Part shown: one piece after another, positions 37,912 to 49,894 of the stretch
Layout of the letters: each line of letters starts with the position of its first letter
Position numbering within the stretch: position 1 is the first letter of the stretch
Assembly (NCBI RefSeq): GCF_018977255.1
Contig: NW_024704742.1
Coordinates: 12,650,001 to 12,714,000, forward strand
Source: Callorhinchus milii
Taxonomy: Eukaryota
Direction: 5' to 3'
Length of the DNA stretch: 64,000 nt
The notes under the pieces: generated by a model
Databases searched by the model: none
What the model saw: only the letters and a program-made list of their open reading frames with translations
Told to the model about the DNA's origin: nothing
Translations under genes and position numbers: made by a program

Positions 37912-39247
37912 TGAGATAGTTTGTATCTCTACGGTATGGCTTGCTCCCCCCTCGCAGAGTGTACTGGGTGGCTGGCCTCTGTAATCAGTTCTCACTAATT
38001 TGTGCAAGAGCTTATCACAAAGTGTTTCCTGCTAATTGAGTTTGTTTCACAACAAGTACTACCAGATTGATCTTTAATCAATGCAAACTGGAAAGCTTCA
38101 GTCAGAGGTTTATTTTCGAATACCTCTGTGACCTGGGCTGAACCACTTTATGTTACTCCTTTCTATACTAAAAATTAACAGAGAGCGCAAGTGAGACACG
38201 GTTAAGACAACTCAGTGGTATTTTTATTGCAGTTTGTTCAGAATGCTAAACTCAGAAATAGTTATAATAATAAAATAATAATCCTTGCATTTGATATAGC
38301 GCTTTTCACGTCGGGAGGACGTCCCAAAGCGCTTCACAGAACATACTGCAAAGTGAATTGACTGTATATTTGTGGGCGAACGCGGCAGCCAATTGCGCAC
38401 AGCAATGTCCCACAAACAGTCGTAGATTGAAAATGACCAATTAATTATTGTTTTTGGAGGGATTATTATTAGGCATGTGGAGTAAGGAAACTTGCCCAAG
38501 GTTTCGCCCTGCCGGGAATTGAACTCAGGTCTCTCACTTGCAAAGCGAGTGCTCTAACCACTGAGCTACAGGACTCCATAGTTCTCAAATAATTTAAAAA
38601 AAAACAATGAATTAGAACTAATCAACTTTAACAAATACTAACTAACAGCCTATTAAATATGAGGTTAGTGTATGTACACTGAACCAACTGTTGACTCTGA
38701 GCCAGTCCTCTAACCAGTCAAGACACGTACCTTTCTAATGTGCCTCCTGTCAGCAGAAACTATGTCTCTTCCTTTTAAAGGCATTGTGACCGGCCCCCAT
38801 TTTGGAGTATCCAATCTGAAGTATCGGCCAATAGTCCAATCAGAATCCTCCCCCCAGTTGCCCAATAGGGAACAAGTACACTTTCCAATCCTTCATTTGC
38901 ATATTAGAATGTTAAGTTACTGCACCAATCTGTTGCAACCGACACCTTTGGAATCTTGATGGCGCGGTCCGTCCGGGTCACACTCTGTTTAAATATTATT
39001 TGAATATTACACTAAAAAATGATTTGCGCTTGTGCTAGTTCTTTTCAGAACTTTCGGGGTTTGTACAGATTTACCCGAGCGCATTCGGGTCAGATAATAA
39101 TAATGTTTAAACAATCAATGCTTTAAACTACATAATAGAAACATTAAACACTTTCAACAGGTTAATGTTTCCAATGCATATTTTAAATAACAGAAAATAT
39201 AATTATTAAAGACAGACAGGTTATGCAAAAGAGGGGTGACTGTGACA
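37912..39247 (-). mobile_element. Solo LTR with 4-bp TSD (CCTT), carrying a SINE insertion
   Basis: cctt|TGAGATAGT...ACTGTGACA|cctt. The CR1 sequence is continuous across the junction. Orientation is inferred from minus-strand AATAAA and TTTAAAAGG. Confidence 0.8.
38264..38577 (-). mobile_element. tRNA-derived SINE with 6-bp TSD (ATAGTT), inside the solo LTR
   Basis: atagtt at 38258-38263 and 38578-38583 flanks a full-length copy. Confidence 0.92.
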
Positions 39248-40194
39248 CCTTAGAGCCGAGAAGGTTAAGGGGAGATTTAATAGAGGTGTTCAGAATTATG
39301 AGAGCTTTTGCTTGAGTAGATAGGGAGAAAATGTTTTCACTGGCAGATAGGTTGGTAACCAGGGAAGAATTGACAAAAGAACCAGAGGGGAGATGAGGAG
39401 AAATTGTTTTACACAGAGAGTTGTTATGGTCTGGAATGCACTACCTGAAATGGTGGTGGAAACAGATTCAATAACAACTTTCAAAAGGGAATTGGATAGG
39501 TACTTGAAAAGGAAAAATTTGCAAGGATATGGGGAAAAAGCAGTGGAGTGGGACTGATTGGGGAGCTCTTCCAAAGGGCCGGCACGGGCACGATGGTCCA
39601 AATGCCCTCCTTCAGTGCTGTAATATTCTACAATTCTATGATATTGCTCTGGGGAGACAGTGCACATTCCATACCAGACAAATGGAAATCGTAGATATGT
39701 GACATTCTTAAGTAGTCTGGCCTGGTTTGGGACTTTTAAGCAAGGTGATGGGTTTCATGGATCAGATACGTAACTGGCCAATCAAGACCAATTCTTCCAC
39801 AGATTATTCAGTTAGATTCTACCCATAAAAGATCCTGATGAAAGTTGTAGGAAGTTTCTCCCTACTCTTCAAATTAAATTAAGGAAAATTATCTATTGGG
39901 CCTTGTATCTCACATTTTCCATCCTCTATGTACTGTATCTATGGAGTGAACTTGACCACGAGGTCAACTGTAAGAGAAAGTCAGTATAAGATCACTTTGC
40001 AAAGGAAGTGATGTCATCACCACTTCTTGAATTGAGCCTGGTGCAGAATGTGAAGTCAGCTGTAACCTGATGCCTCAACCTATTTTTGTACTTTGTTGAA
40101 ACGCCGTCTCTGAGATAATGGAACCAGACATGCGCAATATAACGGGATTGCCTTGTATATAGCAAATTTTAGATGGTGCAAGGCTCTTGAAAAA

Positions 40195-40543
40195 TATAAT
40201 AATAATACTTGCATTTGATATAGCACTTTTCACATCTTCTAGACGTCTCAAAACGCTTCACAGAATATACTGTGAAGTGAATTGACTGTATATTTTGTGG
40301 GTGAAACACAGTAGCCAATTGCACACAGCAGTGTCCCACAAACAGTCGTGGATTGAGTGACCAAATTATTAGTTTTTTTGTGGGATTATTATCCCTGGAA
40401 AGCCATCCGCCAATCGACTAACAACCAGGTTCCTACTTACTGCTAGAGGCATGTGGAGTAAGGAAACTTGTCCAATATTTCGCCCTGCCGGGAATAGAAC
40501 CCAGGTCTCTCGCTTGCGAGGCGAGTGGTCTAACCACTGAGCT
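40195..40543 (-). mobile_element. tRNA-derived SINE, long-form subfamily
   Basis: Same family plus an extra internal segment (cagtaagtaggaacc...ggcggatggctttcc) also present at 44540-44780. Confidence 0.85.
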
Positions 40544-40767
40544 AATATGCCTGTAGGTAATACTGTTTACCCTATTGGATGACAGAAGTGCCTATCTGTA
40601 AGTGGAGATTGATTGTAATTTGAAGTATGAACAATATTGTCACTTATTTAAGGTAGGTGAGCAAATATTTACTGTGCAAACCACTATCTTTATTTCTGGA
40701 CATGACCACTGTTTATACTTTCCAATAAACTTTTTGTATAGATAAATGCGTTTATTTTAAATTGTAG

Positions 40768-40922
40768 GCAATGAAGAACGTCAGTTTAAAGGTCTTGCGG
40801 ATTGCCTTGCCAAAATTGGAAAGCGGGATGGGATTCAGGGACTTTATCAGGGATTTGCTGTTTCGGTGAATGGCATCATAGTATATCGAGCTTCTTATTT
40901 TGGATGCTATGATACAATCAAG
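40768..40922 (+). CDS. SLC25A31: ANT4 exon 4 (155 nt)
   Basis: ttgtag|gc...aag|gtaagt. [51 protein letters not shown]. Confidence 0.96.
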
Positions 40923-41589
40923 GTAAGTTACTTTACAATCAGAACGTGTGTAAATTGTCACTCCTGTTTTTTGGTTCTGGGTTGTTCTTCAAATAAATAT
41001 TGTCCTTCTAGTTAAATGGCTTTGCAGTGCATAATGTTGAAGCTGTAAGGCATAGCACTATGGTGTGCTGGAATGGATCCCAATGATGATTTCTCAGATG
41101 GTTTGTTCCTGATCTGTTGATCCAGCTAAAGGAAATTTGATTTTATCCAATTGTTGGAAGGACCTACATCTGTCAGCTAGGTATACCAGAGCTGTGGCCT
41201 ATGGTCAGGTGGTTTTTGCCTCCTCAGTTGAAATATTGCAAGCAAAAATGAGAAAAAAGTAACTTTAAAAATATTGTTTAGGAATTATGTAGAGGTATTT
41301 GTAGCAAAGAGGTTTCTGCATTAAATATACTGCCGTGTAATGCAATCAAGAGGTAAGTACCACTTCAGTCCAGTGGTACAATGATTGTATATAATTTATA
41401 GTTTCAAAAAACATCTTTTACCACAGTTATCTTCGGTTGGGTGCTATGACCCTGAAATTTGTTACCATGAGCAAAGATAAAACAGCTGACAAACTATTTG
41501 TGATTGAAATATTTCATCTGTTGTTATCAGTGAGTATAGTTATCCTTCTGACAAATTGAATTGCACAATATGCGCCACTGCAATGTATT

Positions 41590-42151
41590 ACAACAATAAC
41601 AAGATTACATTTGTATAGTGCCTTTCACGTCGGAAGGATGTCCCAAAGCGCTGGACAGAGTACGGAATTTCAGACCTGAGCTGGGATCATGGGGGGAGAG
41701 GGGAGGGAAAGGGGGGTGACCGATGGCATGGTTGAAAAGGAGGGTTTGAGGCAGGACTTGAAGGAGGCTAAGGAGGGATGAGGCGGAGTGATTGGGGGAT
41801 GGAATTCCAGAGGTTGGGGGCAGAGTGGCTGAAGGCTCTCCCCCCAATGGTGGGGCGAGTGGGTCGGGGGACGTGGAGCAGGCCGGAGCCGGCTGAGCGG
41901 AGGGAATGGGCAGGTTGGTAGGGGGTTAGGAGGTCGCATAGGTAGGGTGGGGCGAGGCCATGGAGGGCTTTGTAGGTGAGGACCAGGAACTTGAAAACTG
42001 AATCCTCTGAAGGATAGGGAGCCAATGGAGTCGGACGAGAATGGGGGAAATGGGGTCACGGAGTTTGGTGCGGGAGAGGACACGGGCTGCAGAGTTCTGG
42101 ATTATCTGCAGCCTGTGGAGGGAGGAGTTGGGAAGGCCGGCAAGGAGGGCG
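41590..42151 (-). mobile_element. L2 LINE 3' fragment
   Basis: LAGLPNSSLHRLQIIQNSAARVL, FKFLVLTYKALHGLAP, and an L2 tail. Confidence 0.9.
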
Positions 42152-42326
42152 TAATTTGTTAAAAATAGAAGAGAGCACAAGTGCTAGTACTGATTGCTAG
42201 ATCATTACACCAGTAAATGCCGGCATAGTATACTTAGCTATGCTCTGAGACAAATATTCCTGCTCTGTTATTAATCTGATCTGTCGAGTGAAATGCCAAT
42301 AAGAGACTGCAGAAATCAGAAGGAGC

Positions 42327-42343
42327 TAGCGCCACCTGGTGGC
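42327..42343 (-). promoter_or_regulatory. Candidate CTCF site in SLC25A31 intron 4
   Basis: Minus strand reads GCCACCAGGTGGCGCTA, matching the CTCF core consensus; it lies in non-repeat sequence. Confidence 0.6.
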
Positions 42344-42485
42344 TGGCTCTGCTGGGAGTATTGGAGACTGGAAGCAAACCAATAAGACCTGAAAATGGAA
42401 CATAATTTAAAAATGTTCTTAAATGTGTAGGTGCGGTAAATGTGTCATTTTAATTTAGTAAAATTCTTCCCTTTTTTTCCTCCAG

Positions 42486-42611
42486 GGTATTTTGCCAAAC
42501 CCAAAGAGCACGCCATTCTATGTATCGTTTTTGATTGCCCAGGGTGTGACCTCATTTTCTGGGATATTGTCTTACCCATTTGATACTGTTAGAAGACGCT
42601 TGATGATGCAG
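42486..42611 (+). CDS. SLC25A31: ANT4 exon 5 (126 nt)
   Basis: cctccag|ggt...cag|gtttgt. GILPNPKSTPFYVSFLIAQGVTSFSGILSYPFDTVRRRLMMQ. Confidence 0.96.
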
Positions 42612-43502
42612 GTTTGTACTCAAGGATTTCAAATCCTCCAGAATTGCTGGCTTACTAGACTGTACTGAATCTCAATGTGCTCCTATTTGTGGAGGTCAAT
42701 TGAAACTTACAATTTTCCTCAATCATTCAGCCTCCAAGTAGAATTAGGAAATCATGTTTTTGATTTTGAACAGTTCTTTGCTATATAAATGTAAATTTAT
42801 ATACAATATTCAATGCAAGATTTAGCGATTGTGTGCTAGTAGGCAATTGCGGCAGGCAATTTTGCATACAGTAATGTCCCAGAAACAGCCATGATGTGAA
42901 TTGTCAGTTTCTATGTGATGGCCAGGACACTAGGAGAAACTCCCTTCTCTTTTTGAATACTACCATGGGATCTCTAACGTCCACCTGAACAGGCAGACAT
43001 GACCTGAGTTTAACATTTCATTCGAAGGACAGCACCTCCACAGTGCACCGACTTAGCTTAGAGTGAGCTCAAAGTCCCGTAGTGGGACTTGAACTCACAA
43101 CATTCTGTCTCAGAGGTGAGAGAGCTACCAAGTGAGCCAGGCTGACACCTTTGCTTACTTAATATTCCTTATAATAAGTTTATCATCCATTTTTTCAGTT
43201 GTCACTAACTTAGGTCCTCTCTGCCTTGCGATTCACGTGGATATGAAGCAACCCCCATTTTAGAGAGAAAAAAGTTTTTCTTCCTATTCTTTTGGATCAT
43301 ATTCCCTTCCCTCATCTAAATTAACTGACAACTGATCTCATTGTTATTTGTAGGACATTGCTCGAACTAATTTGCTGCCACATTTTTCATATCAACATTC
43401 ATTCATTCATTCATGCATTCACTCATTCATGCATTCATATATGCATTTCATATTCTACTTACTGTTGAAGCTACCACCATATCTTTTGTTTTATTTAAAC
43501 AG

Positions 43503-43676
43503 AGTGGTGAAAAAGAGCGGCAGTACAGTGGAACGGTTGACTGCTTTCAAAAGATCTATCGAATTGAGGGAATGGGTGCTTTCTTTAGAGGAGCCTTTTC
43601 AAATGTACTGCGTGGGACTGGTGGTGCATTAGTACTTGTGTTCTATGATGAAATTAAGACACTGATAAGCACCTAA
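43503..43676 (+). CDS. SLC25A31: ANT4 exon 6, including TAA stop
   Basis: taaacag|agt. [57 protein letters not shown]. The six exons sum to 906 nt = 301 aa + stop. Confidence 0.96.
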   Translation, partial: SGEKERQYSGTVDCFQKIYRIEGMGAFFRGAFSNVLRGTGGALVLVFYDEIKTLIST

Positions 43677-44539
43677 GGAAAAATAACATTGATTTATTGA
43701 TAATTCAAGTGTGTTTGTTAAATATTGCTGTACATTCATATGCAGGAATTGTCCTCTTAGGGGAACTTAACAATTTTATAACTAGAAGCAAAATCAATTA
43801 AAAAACTTTACTTTTTTTTAAGACAACTGGAGTTCTTATCACTCTTTACTTTTCAAGTCCAAGTGGACTTAGCTCAGTGGTTGATTCTCAACCAATATCT
43901 TGTGAGTTAAGAGTCCCCGGGCTGCCTGTCACTTAAGCTCATCCACCATATTTTCATAAAGTAGATATTTTCTGACTGCTTGGCTGATCTCTTCAGTTGA
44001 CCAGACATTTTTATGCTCAAGGAAGAAACCCAACAGTAGTCGGGGAGAACTTGGCTTAGGAATCCTCCTCATAGATGAAGGATGCTGTGTGTTTGGAGTT
44101 GGCTAGAAGAGGAAGGGAGAGAGAATACCCTTTTTCAGGGAACATCACTTACTCTTTCAAAGGTAACCAAGCCTCAGAGTTGAAGGATGCTGTATGTTGG
44201 AGAAGGCAGAAGAGAATATACCATGTCCATATAAATACCCATATATGTCACTGAACTTTTTCATTGGACTTCAATAGAAAAGTACCATGCAATTAATTGT
44301 ACACTCTTTCAACCCCTACCCATTTATATGCCTGTCTTATGTGACAATTTTGTTCATGTTATGTTTTATGTTGTGTTAGGGATTTTTTGGCCCCAACCAA
44401 TTGAAGCCAACAAAATGCTTGGTTCCAGCACATTGCTGTAATGAAGGTAAAGTGTGTCAAAAATATTCTTTAAATCACTCTGAATTAAATTTTGTATACG
44501 GTCCAAACATATTTTGTGGATTATTGAACAATTAGAATC

Positions 44540-45990
44540 TTATAGCTTAGAGCACTTATCTCGCAAGCGAAAAGACCTGGCTTTGATTCCTGGCAGGGTG
44601 AAACTTTGGGCAAGTTTCCTTACTCCACACAGCTTTGTTCACCAGCAGTAAGTAGGAACCCGGATGTTAGTATATTGGCGGATTGCTTTCCGGGGATAAT
44701 AATCCCTTCCAAAAAAAATAATAATAATAACTCGGTCACTTAATCCATGACTGCTTGTGGGACACTGCTATGTGCAATTTGCAAGTTTTTTAAACTCAGT
44801 AATTCAAAATACACACTTATTCACTGTATTTACCTCAGTTTGAAGAGGACCGCTTGGGCTGTCAGGTATGTGACGAGTGGTGTTCCAAGGATTGATCCTG
44901 GGTTCACAGCTGTTAATAATTTGATATTGTGCTGATAAATTTGAAATCTCAAAGTGCTTTACATTCATTGTATTGTGTATTTGTAGATGACCTGTGGAGT
45001 CCTGTAGCTCAGTGGTTAGAGCACTCACTTTGCAAGCGAGAGACCTGAGTTCAATTCCAGGCAGAGGGCGAAACCTTGGGCAAGTTTCCTTACTCCACAC
45101 AGAGCCTAATAATAATCCCTCCAAAACCAAAAACAATAATAAATTGATAATTTTCAATCTACGACTGTTTGTGGGACATTGCTGTGCGCAATTGGCTGCC
45201 ACGTTCGTCCACAAATATACAGACACTTCACTTTACAGTGTGTTCTGTGAAACGCTTTGGGACATCCTCCCAACGTGAAAAGCGCTATATCAAATGCAAG
45301 GATTATTATTATTATGACCACAGCAACCAATTTGCGCATAGCAGTGTTGCACAACCAGTCAGGGATGTGAATGAACAATTATCTGGAAGATTGCTCTCTA
45401 GGACAGCAGGAGAAGCTAGATTCTCTTTTTGAATAATGTCATGGGTTCTTCACATGAACAGTCAGAGGGCCTCAGTTTTGTATCTCATCTGAAGGACAGC
45501 ACCTATGACAATGCAGGGCTCTCCTAGAACTACACTACTATGCTCCAAGCCCTCTGTGAAGGGCGCTCTATAAATGCAAGTTGTTTGAGCTTGTCCCTGA
45601 CAGGGCTTGAATCCAAAACCTTCTGACTCGGAGGCAAGCCGATGCATGTTCCCCATATATAAAGTATATTTATACCTGGAGATCCTGTAGCTCAGTGGTT
45701 AGAGCACTCGCCTTGCAAGCGAGACACCTGAGTTCAATTCCAGGCAGGGCGAAATCTTGGGCAAGTTTCCTTACTCCACATGCCTAATAATAATCCCTCC
45801 AAAACAAAACAATAATAAATTGGTCATTTTCAATGCACGACTGTTTGTGGGACACTGCTGTGCGCAATTGGCTGTAGCGTTTCACCCACAAATATATGGT
45901 CAATTAACTTTACAGTCTATTCTGTGAAACGCTTTTCAGACGTTGAGAAGATGTGAAAAGTGCTATATCAAATGCAAGGATTATTGTTAT
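44540..45990 (+). mobile_element. SINE cluster downstream of SLC25A31: long form 44540-44780, full copies 44996-45314 and 45678-45990, old Deu-SINE in reverse ~45320-45640
   Basis: Repeated tRNA-like heads, bodies and gattattatt tails. Confidence 0.88.
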
Positions 45991-46287
45991 ATCAACAATA
46001 TTGACTTGGATGTAGGAGTGCACCCAAGTTTGCAGATGACAAGCATTTGGAGATGTGGGGAATGTTAAAGAACAATCTATCATTTGGAATACAAGCAGGG
46101 CAATCACATTACAATGTGCTTTGGTATAGTGTAGCTTTTCTTACAGTGCATTTGCACAGTGGATCTGCAATACATCATAAGTGCAATACACTTCCAGTGT
46201 CCAACACTGACTGGACACCTTCCTGAGTGATACATCACTTCCTGTCTGCATGCTATATGCAGGAAGTGATGCTGGCATTACTTATCG

Positions 46288-46510
46288 CAAGTGGTTTAAG
46301 TCCATAAACCGTGATCCAGTATTGTAAGTGGTTGCCAATGAGCGCTTCTGGATCTCTACTGACATCACTTTCTGAGTGTTGTGCATCATTGCACTCAAAG
46401 TGCTGTTAAAGTAATTGCAGGAAGTGATGTCAGCAGTGACCTGGCAACCTGGAAGTGCTAACCGAAGGCCATATTAGTGGGGGCCTGAGTTTATGGACCC
46501 AATCCACTGC
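46288..46510. mobile_element. Palindromic MITE-like element
   Basis: Terminal IR (gtggtttaagtccataaac / gtttatggacccaatccac) and internal IR (ctgacatcactttctg 46359-46374 / caggaagtgatgtcag 46418-46433). Confidence 0.55.
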
Positions 46511-49500
46511 TTTACAAGAAGATTGGCCTGCAGTAATAGATTAGGTGAGTGGGTGGCAGTGCAGATGATGTAATTCATTGTAGCCAAATAGAAAAATACG
46601 CATTTTGGCAGTAAAAGTACAGAGTTGAAAATATGCGTTATTGTAGATATTTTAGGAAAAACAGTTGTACAAAGGGACCTACCCTCCTGTGCTAGTAAAT
46701 TGGTTGATAAAAGAGTTTGCAGATTCAGATACCTAGCAGCAAGGCATTAGGAATGTCAATGCAAAATGTAAGGAATACAAAAGGAGGAAAATACCGTTAC
46801 AGGGTCAGTGTCGAGACATGCACTTGCTTTTCAGAGGCAAGCCTGCCTTGCTAAACAACCTGTAAGCAGCCATGTTTTTCAGCACTGTTTCAGATCAATT
46901 GCTGCCTCTGCCTAGTGTGTTGAATACAAATAGGATGTGGTGCACATGATAAGAGTAATAATCACATTTAGTTCTTCTTAAATTATTAACTTCTACAGAA
47001 ATGTACAGTCATTTTCCCTCTCTTTAGCAGGATTCGCTTGGAGTGAAATGAAGGTGGCCACTCTATTCCAAGCACCTTAATCCCAGTAACCATACTCCAT
47101 TGAACATGGTATTAAAGATAATGCAATTCACAACTAATAAAGCTGTGCTGCAGACCCCACCTCTGCCCCACCAGGCTGTTGAAGAGCAAAGCTAAGAACT
47201 TCATTCATTTTGACAGCTTGATTCAACTGGTAGCACTCTGATCTCTGGGTTAGAAAAAGTTGACTGCTATGTTTGCCTACAAAATACGCAGTCACCATTT
47301 TTAGTAAATGCTGTGAAGTAAGTACTGTGAAGAGCTTTGAGAATTTAGAAAATATGGTAAGATGATATATAAAATGCAAGGATCATTATTATTAAGAGTG
47401 CTACCGGCTGACAAATGATGCTGAAGAAGCTATTTGCTTTCTTTGAGCTCATGATCTTGGCTGACATATCAATGCAATACTGGAGAGTAGTGGTTTCTCA
47501 AAGGTGCCATCCTTCATATGAAATATCAAACTAAGTTCCTGTCTGCTTATCCAGGGTTGATGTTAAAGATCCTACAACACTATTCAAAACAAGAAGCGTT
47601 TCTCCTGGTCTGGCCAATAATCCCTCATAAATTGGAATCAGATTTTACATTTAACATTTGTGGATTTCTAAATTGGCACTCCTTTTGGCATAATACATGA
47701 TAACTGGGTGCAATGACACCGCAATTACTGGCTGTACAGGTCAATTACAATGTCACCATTGTACCGTGCAATCCAGATGCGGTTCACCCAGTTTCACGGA
47801 ATTCTAACGTGCTTAGCAAAGTATTCTGAATTTAAATGTTTAAACTACACTAATATAAAATATATGCACATTCAAAGGCCTCCTCTAAGGTTAAAGCATG
47901 TTTGGGGCTTACAGTAGAGCAAGCTTTATTCTGTAACTAACTCATGGTATAATAATAATCATTATTTGATATAGCACCTTATCATGTCTCAACACTTCAC
48001 AGGATATATTGTAAAGTGGATTGACTATTTTAGTATTATTTGTGGGTGAAATGTGGCAGCCAGTTTGCGCACAGGCATGGAGTGAGTGGTCAATTTTATT
48101 TTGGGGGATTTGTTGGCCAGGAGTCTGGGAGAAACTCCTTTCTCTTTTCGAATAGTGTACATCTCAGTTCTGTACGTGTCAATCCTGACATTAGCAACTC
48201 AAGACAAGATAATATTTCATTTACTAATATGTCTTTCTTTGAAGTACACAAATGTTCAAAAATAATTTTTACCTTAAAATGTGAATCATAGGAAATTAAA
48301 TTGTTTTAATTTGTGTTTCTGGATTTGGCCCAATATCCGTTTCAATGAAGAATCACGATAGTTAAAAAGTTAACCTAACTTTCTCTTTCAAATAATGATT
48401 CCTATTTCTGTGCATTTCCAGCATTTTCATGTTTTTGTGTTCTTATCTCTTCTCAAATTCTTGTTGTTTTGGTTAGAATTCTGCCAGAGATGAATTAGTG
48501 GAATAGATGAAAGGAATACCACAAACATTTTTAGAAAACCATAATGACTATTTACTGCCTACACTGAACTTCCTAGCTCAGTTAGCATTCCCTCCCATGA
48601 TGGAATTTTGAGCTTGTATACTAGGCTGAAATTCCCATACAATGCTGGAGAAGTGCTGCATTGTCAGTGGACAAACCAAGTTCCATCTGCCTGTTCAATG
48701 GGACGTTAAAGATGCCATGCAAAAATAAAATAGAATTACTTGTGCCCTGGACAAGAATTCCCCCAGATAAAAATAGGTCACTATGGCTGTTCTTCATGAC
48801 TGATTGTGGGACGCTGGCAGCCTACAGGTGTATAATCTCTACATTTTACAAGAAAAACTCTGAAACGCTTTAAGATGTTGTAATACAATAGTCAGAATAA
48901 TCACATTCAAGGATTATTACTGATTAATATTTTGCTCAAAGAATAAAGTGTAGTGCTACTTACCTGCCACAAGGTGGAGCTAATCACTTCATCATTAAAG
49001 TCACTTCTATTTTCTCTGATCCTTTTTCCAATTAACCTTCAGCCAGCATCGACACTGTTGCCAAACCAAAACTATTCTGTCTTGTATTCTCTTGCATGGA
49101 GACATGATCTAACTTGTCAAGATATCCAGAAACCATCAATGCCATTCTTAGATCAAATCCTAGTTTGGTTGAGTTAATTTCCCTACATTTAGATAATCTA
49201 GTAATTAATACTAGGAAATTCAACTGCAATGAGATAATAACAATAATCCTTGCATTTGATATAGCACCTTATCACTTCATTGAGACATCTCAAAGCACTT
49301 TACAGAACATAGTGTAAAGTGAAGTACTGTGTATTTTGTGGGTGTAACGTGGCAGCCAATTGTGCACAGCAGTGTTCCACAAACAGTTGTGGATTGAGAT
49401 GCTTTAAATGTACATTTTGCAGGATTGTTAAATTAAGGGTTTAAACATGAAACATTTTTATATGAAGTATAACTCTTAAATAAACTCTTCAGATGGCCTA

Positions 49501-49595
49501 GCAATACAACAAACACTTTTATAGCACCATTCATGTAGGAATGTTTGTAATGGTTCCCAGAGGTGGAGTGGAAGCCCAACCAGCATGGGAGACAG

Positions 49596-49894
49596 GATAA
49601 TAATAATAATCCTTGCATTTGATATAGAGATTTCACATCTTCTAAACGTCTCAAAGCACTTCACAGAATAGACTGTAAAGTGAATTGACTGTATATTTTT
49701 GGGCGAAACGCTGCAGCCAATTGCGCAGAGCAATGTCCCACGAACAGTCGTGGATTGAAGTGATCAATTTTTTTTTCTTGAGGGATTATTATCAGGCATG
49801 TGGAGTAAGGAAGCATGCCCAAGGTTTCACCCTGCCAGGAATCCAACCCAGGTCTCGTGAGGCAAGCGCTCTAACCACTGAGCTATAGAACTCC
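49596..49894 (-). mobile_element. tRNA-derived SINE
   Basis: Full-length reverse copy. 5'-truncated copies lie nearby at ~49235-49400, 51593-51705 and 58007-58190. Confidence 0.88.

Larger units (their letters stand above)
37330..39640 (+). mobile_element. CR1 LINE 3' part, interrupted by a solo LTR
   Basis: KFADDPKLG-like, AYGILDFINRGIKYKSKEV and YCVQFWSPH. Resumes at 39248 (agaaggttaaggggagatttaatagagg) and ends in the CR1 tail (attctacaattctatg). Confidence 0.88.

Noticed and set aside
44996..45065. tRNA-Ala(TGC)-like genes here and at other copies
   Set aside because: These are SINE heads: the acceptor stem does not close and each continues into SINE body and tail.
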